Source of the DNA: Candidatus Binatia bacterium
Lineage (GTDB): Bacteria; Desulfobacterota; Binatia; HRBIN30
Length of the DNA stretch: 64,000 nucleotides
Assembly: GCA_038245295.1 (NCBI GenBank)
Contig: JBBRSP010000001.1
Span: forward strand, 352,001-416,000
Direction of reading: 5' to 3'
The notes beneath the pieces were generated by a model, which was not told the DNA's origin, did not search any database, and was given only the letters and a program-made list of their open reading frames with translations. The translations under genes and the position numbers were made by a program. Shown here one piece after another: positions 61,249-64,000 of the stretch. Within the stretch, counting starts at the first letter, position 1, and each line of letters begins with the position of its first letter.

Positions 61249-62777
61249 TTACCAAAGGCAGTCAGATTACTTCCGATCTGCAGCTCAAGGCCGAGGTGTG
61301 TGTCATCGGCACCGGCGCCGGCGGTGCGGTCATCGCCAAGGAGCTCGCCGAGGCCGGGCGCGATGTGATCGTTCTCGAGCAGGGCGGGTATTACACCAAG
61401 GAAGACTTCACGCAGCGCGAAGACGAGATGATGCCGCTGCTGTACGAGGATGGCGGCCAGCGCGCTACCACCGACGGCTCGCTGCTCATTCTGCAGGGCC
61501 GCAATGTCGGCGGCTCAACGGTGCACAATCTTTGTTACTGCTTTCGTACGCCGAAACCGATCCTCGAGAAGTGGAAGCGCGAGGACGGCTTGCGTGATCT
61601 GTCGTACGACGACCTGGTGCCGTCCTTCGAGCGCGTCGAGAAGATGCTCAAGGTGAAGGACATCAAGCCGCATGAGGTCAACACCCTGAACAACAAGCTG
61701 CGCGAGGGCTGCGAGAAGCTCGGCTACCACGGGTTGATTGCCCAGCATAACCGCGAGAACTGCACCACGAGCGGTTTCTGCCTGCTTGGTTGCCCGTTCG
61801 ATGCCAAGCAGAGCATGCTGATCACGTACATCCCGGCGGCGTCGAAGGCCGGGGCGCGCATCTACGCCAATTGCGCCGTCGACCGCCTGGTGGCGGTTGA
61901 GGATCGTGTACGGCGCGTCGAAGCCAGCGTGCTCGACGACTTCGGTCGCGTGCAGCACAAAGTCAACGTCGAAGCGTCGCTCGTCGTGCTCAGCGCCGGA
62001 GCGATCAATTCACCGCAGATCCTGCTGAAGAGCGGCATCGCCAACAGCAGCGGCCAGGTCGGCAAGAACCTGCACGTGCATCCGAGTGTGGTGCTGGCCG
62101 GCATCTATGACGAAGACATCAACGGCTACACCGGTGTGCCGCAGTCGTACTACATCGACGAATTCATCGATCTCGAGAAGGACCCGAATAGCGGGTACAT
62201 CCTGATGCCCGTGTTTGGATTTCCAGTGACCACGGCGGCGCAGTTGCCAGGGTTTGGCCGCGAGCACACCGAGATCATGCAGAGCTTTCACCGCATGGTC
62301 GGACTGCTGGTGTTGATGCACGACCAGTCGGCCGGCGAAGTGCGCATCAACCGCGCCGGCAAACCGGAGATCTCGTACAGCGTCAGCGCCAAGGAGCAGA
62401 AGCTCTTCGTCGAAGGGATGAAACACTGTGCCGAGATCTTGTTCGCCAGCGGCGCGCGCAAGGTGATGGTTCCCTACGAAGATCCGCTGTGGCTGAAGCC
62501 CGGTGACGCGCTGAGCGCGGTCGACGCGCGCGGTTTGCGCTCCAACGAGATCCAGATCGCCTCGACACACCCGCAGAGCACCTGCCGCATGGGCGAGGAT
62601 CCGAAACGTTCGGTGGTCAATTCCTGGTGCCGCTCGCACGACGTGAAAAACCTGTTCGTCTGCGACATGAGCGTCTTCCCGTCGTCGCTCGGCGCGCCGC
62701 CGCAAATCACCACCGCGTCGCTCGCCGATCGCACGGCTCATTACATTGCCCAGAATTTCGCGACACTGGTCGCCTGA
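61245..62777 (+). CDS. GMC family oxidoreductase
   Basis: IGTGAGG, GRNVGGSTV, C..GC, LSAGAINSP, HPQSTCRMG and DMSVFP motifs; ATGA overlap. Confidence 0.92.
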   Translation: MITKGSQITSDLQLKAEVCVIGTGAGGAVIAKELAEAGRDVIVLEQGGYYTKEDFTQREDEMMPLLYEDGGQRATTDGSLLILQGRNVGGSTVHNLCYCFRTPKPILEKWKREDGLRDLSYDDLVPSFERVEKMLKVKDIKPHEVNTLNNKLREGCEKLGYHGLIAQHNRENCTTSGFCLLGCPFDAKQSMLITYIPAASKAGARIYANCAVDRLVAVEDRVRRVEASVLDDFGRVQHKVNVEASLVVLSAGAINSPQILLKSGIANSSGQVGKNLHVHPSVVLAGIYDEDINGYTGVPQSYYIDEFIDLEKDPNSGYILMPVFGFPVTTAAQLPGFGREHTEIMQSFHRMVGLLVLMHDQSAGEVRINRAGKPEISYSVSAKEQKLFVEGMKHCAEILFASGARKVMVPYEDPLWLKPGDALSAVDARGLRSNEIQIASTHPQSTCRMGEDPKRSVVNSWCRSHDVKNLFVCDMSVFPSSLGAPPQITTASLADRTAHYIAQNFATLVA

Positions 62778-62822
62778 CGTCGACGCGCGCGTGACATACT
62801 CGTCAGAGATGAGAAGCAAGCA

Positions 62823-62973
62823 CCCCCTCTCCCACTGCGAGCGGTATCGAAGGGTGTGGGAGAGGGTCGGGGTGAGGGCACCCGACTGAATCCTGTTCGC
62901 TTCCGTGAACGAGCTGCACCCTCACCCTAACCCTCTCCCAGAGCTCGCCCATCCGGTCGAGCTGGGAGAGGGA
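62823..62973. repeat. Inverted doublet of CCCTCACCC/CCCTCTCCC-type REP-like palindromes
   Basis: ccctctccca...tgggagagggtcggggtgaggg facing ccctcaccctaaccctctccca...tgggagaggg. Confidence 0.8.
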
Positions 62974-63011
62974 ATGCTTCGTAGCCGCAACAGCCAAGAA
63001 GGGATCAACAT

Positions 63012-63338
63012 ATGGCTCTCCCCGAAAGTCTCTTTCCAACCCAAGTGAAGCAGCTTCTCGATGCCGGAAGGCCGCTGGTGTTGCTCGACGTGCGTGAGAA
63101 CGAAGAGGTGGCGATCGCACGCATCCCCGGCTCCGTGCACATTCCCATGGGCGACATCCCGGGACGCCTGCACGAGCTCGACCCTGACGCCGACATGGTC
63201 GTCTACTGTCACCACGGCATGCGCAGCGCCAACGTGATTGCCTTCCTGCGGCAACACGAGTTCCGCAATCTCGCCAATCTGACCGGCGGGATCGAGGCGT
63301 GGTCGGCGAGCGTCGATCCGGCGCTGCCGCGCTACTGA
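63012..63338 (+). CDS. Single-domain rhodanese (MoeZ C-terminal-like)
   Basis: LLDVRE, YCHHGMRS and NLTGGIEAW...VDPALPRY. Confidence 0.9.
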   Translation: MALPESLFPTQVKQLLDAGRPLVLLDVRENEEVAIARIPGSVHIPMGDIPGRLHELDPDADMVVYCHHGMRSANVIAFLRQHEFRNLANLTGGIEAWSASVDPALPRY

Positions 63339-63433
63339 TCCCGTCGGTGCTCGAACGAGATTCGCCGCCCGGCGTGAGCCAACCAAACTCCCGCCCTTGA
63401 AGCAGGTATCGCCACGAAGGTACGGTGCAATCG

Positions 63434-64000
63434 ATGATGGATCGCGGGGGTGTCAGTCCTGCCACCGCGGCGCGTTCGTTTTTCGGTCGCGACGCGGAGC
63501 TCGCCGAGTTTGAGCGTGGCATCGAAGATATGCTTGCCGGACACGGTCGGGTTTTTCTCGTGGCGGGTGACGCGGGCATCGGCAAGACACGCCTCGCCGA
63601 TCAGGTCAGCAGCATCGCGAAGACCCACGGCGCGCGAATCTTTTGGGGCCGTTGCTGGGAGAGCGGCGGCGCACCGGTGTACTGGCCCTGGGTTCAGGCA
63701 CTGCGCAGCTACATTACGAGTCGTGATAGCGCCGCCCTGGCGCAGGAGCTTGGGGTAGGCGCCTCGGATATCGCCACGCTGCTGCCTGATCTGCGGGCTC
63801 GTCTGCCCGAGCTGCCGCCGCTCACCGAGTTCGACCCGGAAAGTGCCCGGTTTCGTCTATTCGATGCGCTGACCGTCTGGCTGAAGCAGATCGCCGCCAG
63901 TGGTCCGCTGGTGCTGGTGCTGGACGACTTGCATGCGGCCGACCTACCGTCGCTGCTGTTGCTACGTTTCGCGGCGCGCGAGATCCGCGACGCGGCGTTG
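63434..64000 (+). CDS. AAA ATPase (AAA_16/STAND-like) protein, 3'-truncated by the window edge
   Basis: Manual translation: FFGRDAEL...AGDAGIGKTRL (Walker A), GRCWESGGAPVYWPW, LVLVLDDLHAAD (Walker B). Confidence 0.85.
   Translation, partial: MMDRGGVSPATAARSFFGRDAELAEFERGIEDMLAGHGRVFLVAGDAGIGKTRLADQVSSIAKTHGARIFWGRCWESGGAPVYWPWVQALRSYITSRDSAALAQELGVGASDIATLLPDLRARLPELPPLTEFDPESARFRLFDALTVWLKQIAASGPLVLVLDDLHAADLPSLLLLRFAAREIRDAAL

Noticed and set aside
63434..64000. Truncated STAND-like ATPase as an anti-phage (Avs) system
   Set aside because: Only the N-terminal 189 aa are visible, and they resemble common regulatory AAA ATPases; the effector domains lie outside the window.

Overview
GC-rich bacterial chromosomal window with about 55 CDS and no rRNA, tRNA, CRISPR array, transposase or integrase recognised. 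A secreted Thr/Pro-stalk protein with a 'CAGDCD..GTVTVDELV..INIGLG' dockerin-like domain suggests Candidatus Binatia (Binatota, deltaproteobacterial lineage); this is an inference. Most of the content is housekeeping or envelope: groES/groEL, rhlE-like helicase, trmB, htpX-DUF1844-degP-mrcB-alpha2-macroglobulin-pbpC, a lytic transglycosylase, ClC/MarR and vapBC. The standout is a minus-strand run at 10.1-14.9 kb. It encodes a GT-C-type membrane glycosyltransferase, a secreted lysyl-oxidase-family protein with intact Cu/LTQ residues and a Thr/Pro plus Arg/Pro tail, and a nucleotidyltransferase fused to a galactokinase that resembles eukaryotic GALK2/Gal1 more than bacterial GalK. Together these form a candidate glycosylation and cross-linking system for extracellular proteins. 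Other leads are the uncharacterised DUF2760-Hsp70-Hsp70 triad, a secreted protein with a duplicated 8-Cys domain and the same Arg/Pro tail, a C12orf65-like GGQ factor, a frameshifted DUF4124/retropepsin gene, and several families of REP-like palindromes, including a 97-bp unit present twice about 52 kb apart. All family assignments come from motif recognition by eye, with no database searches.
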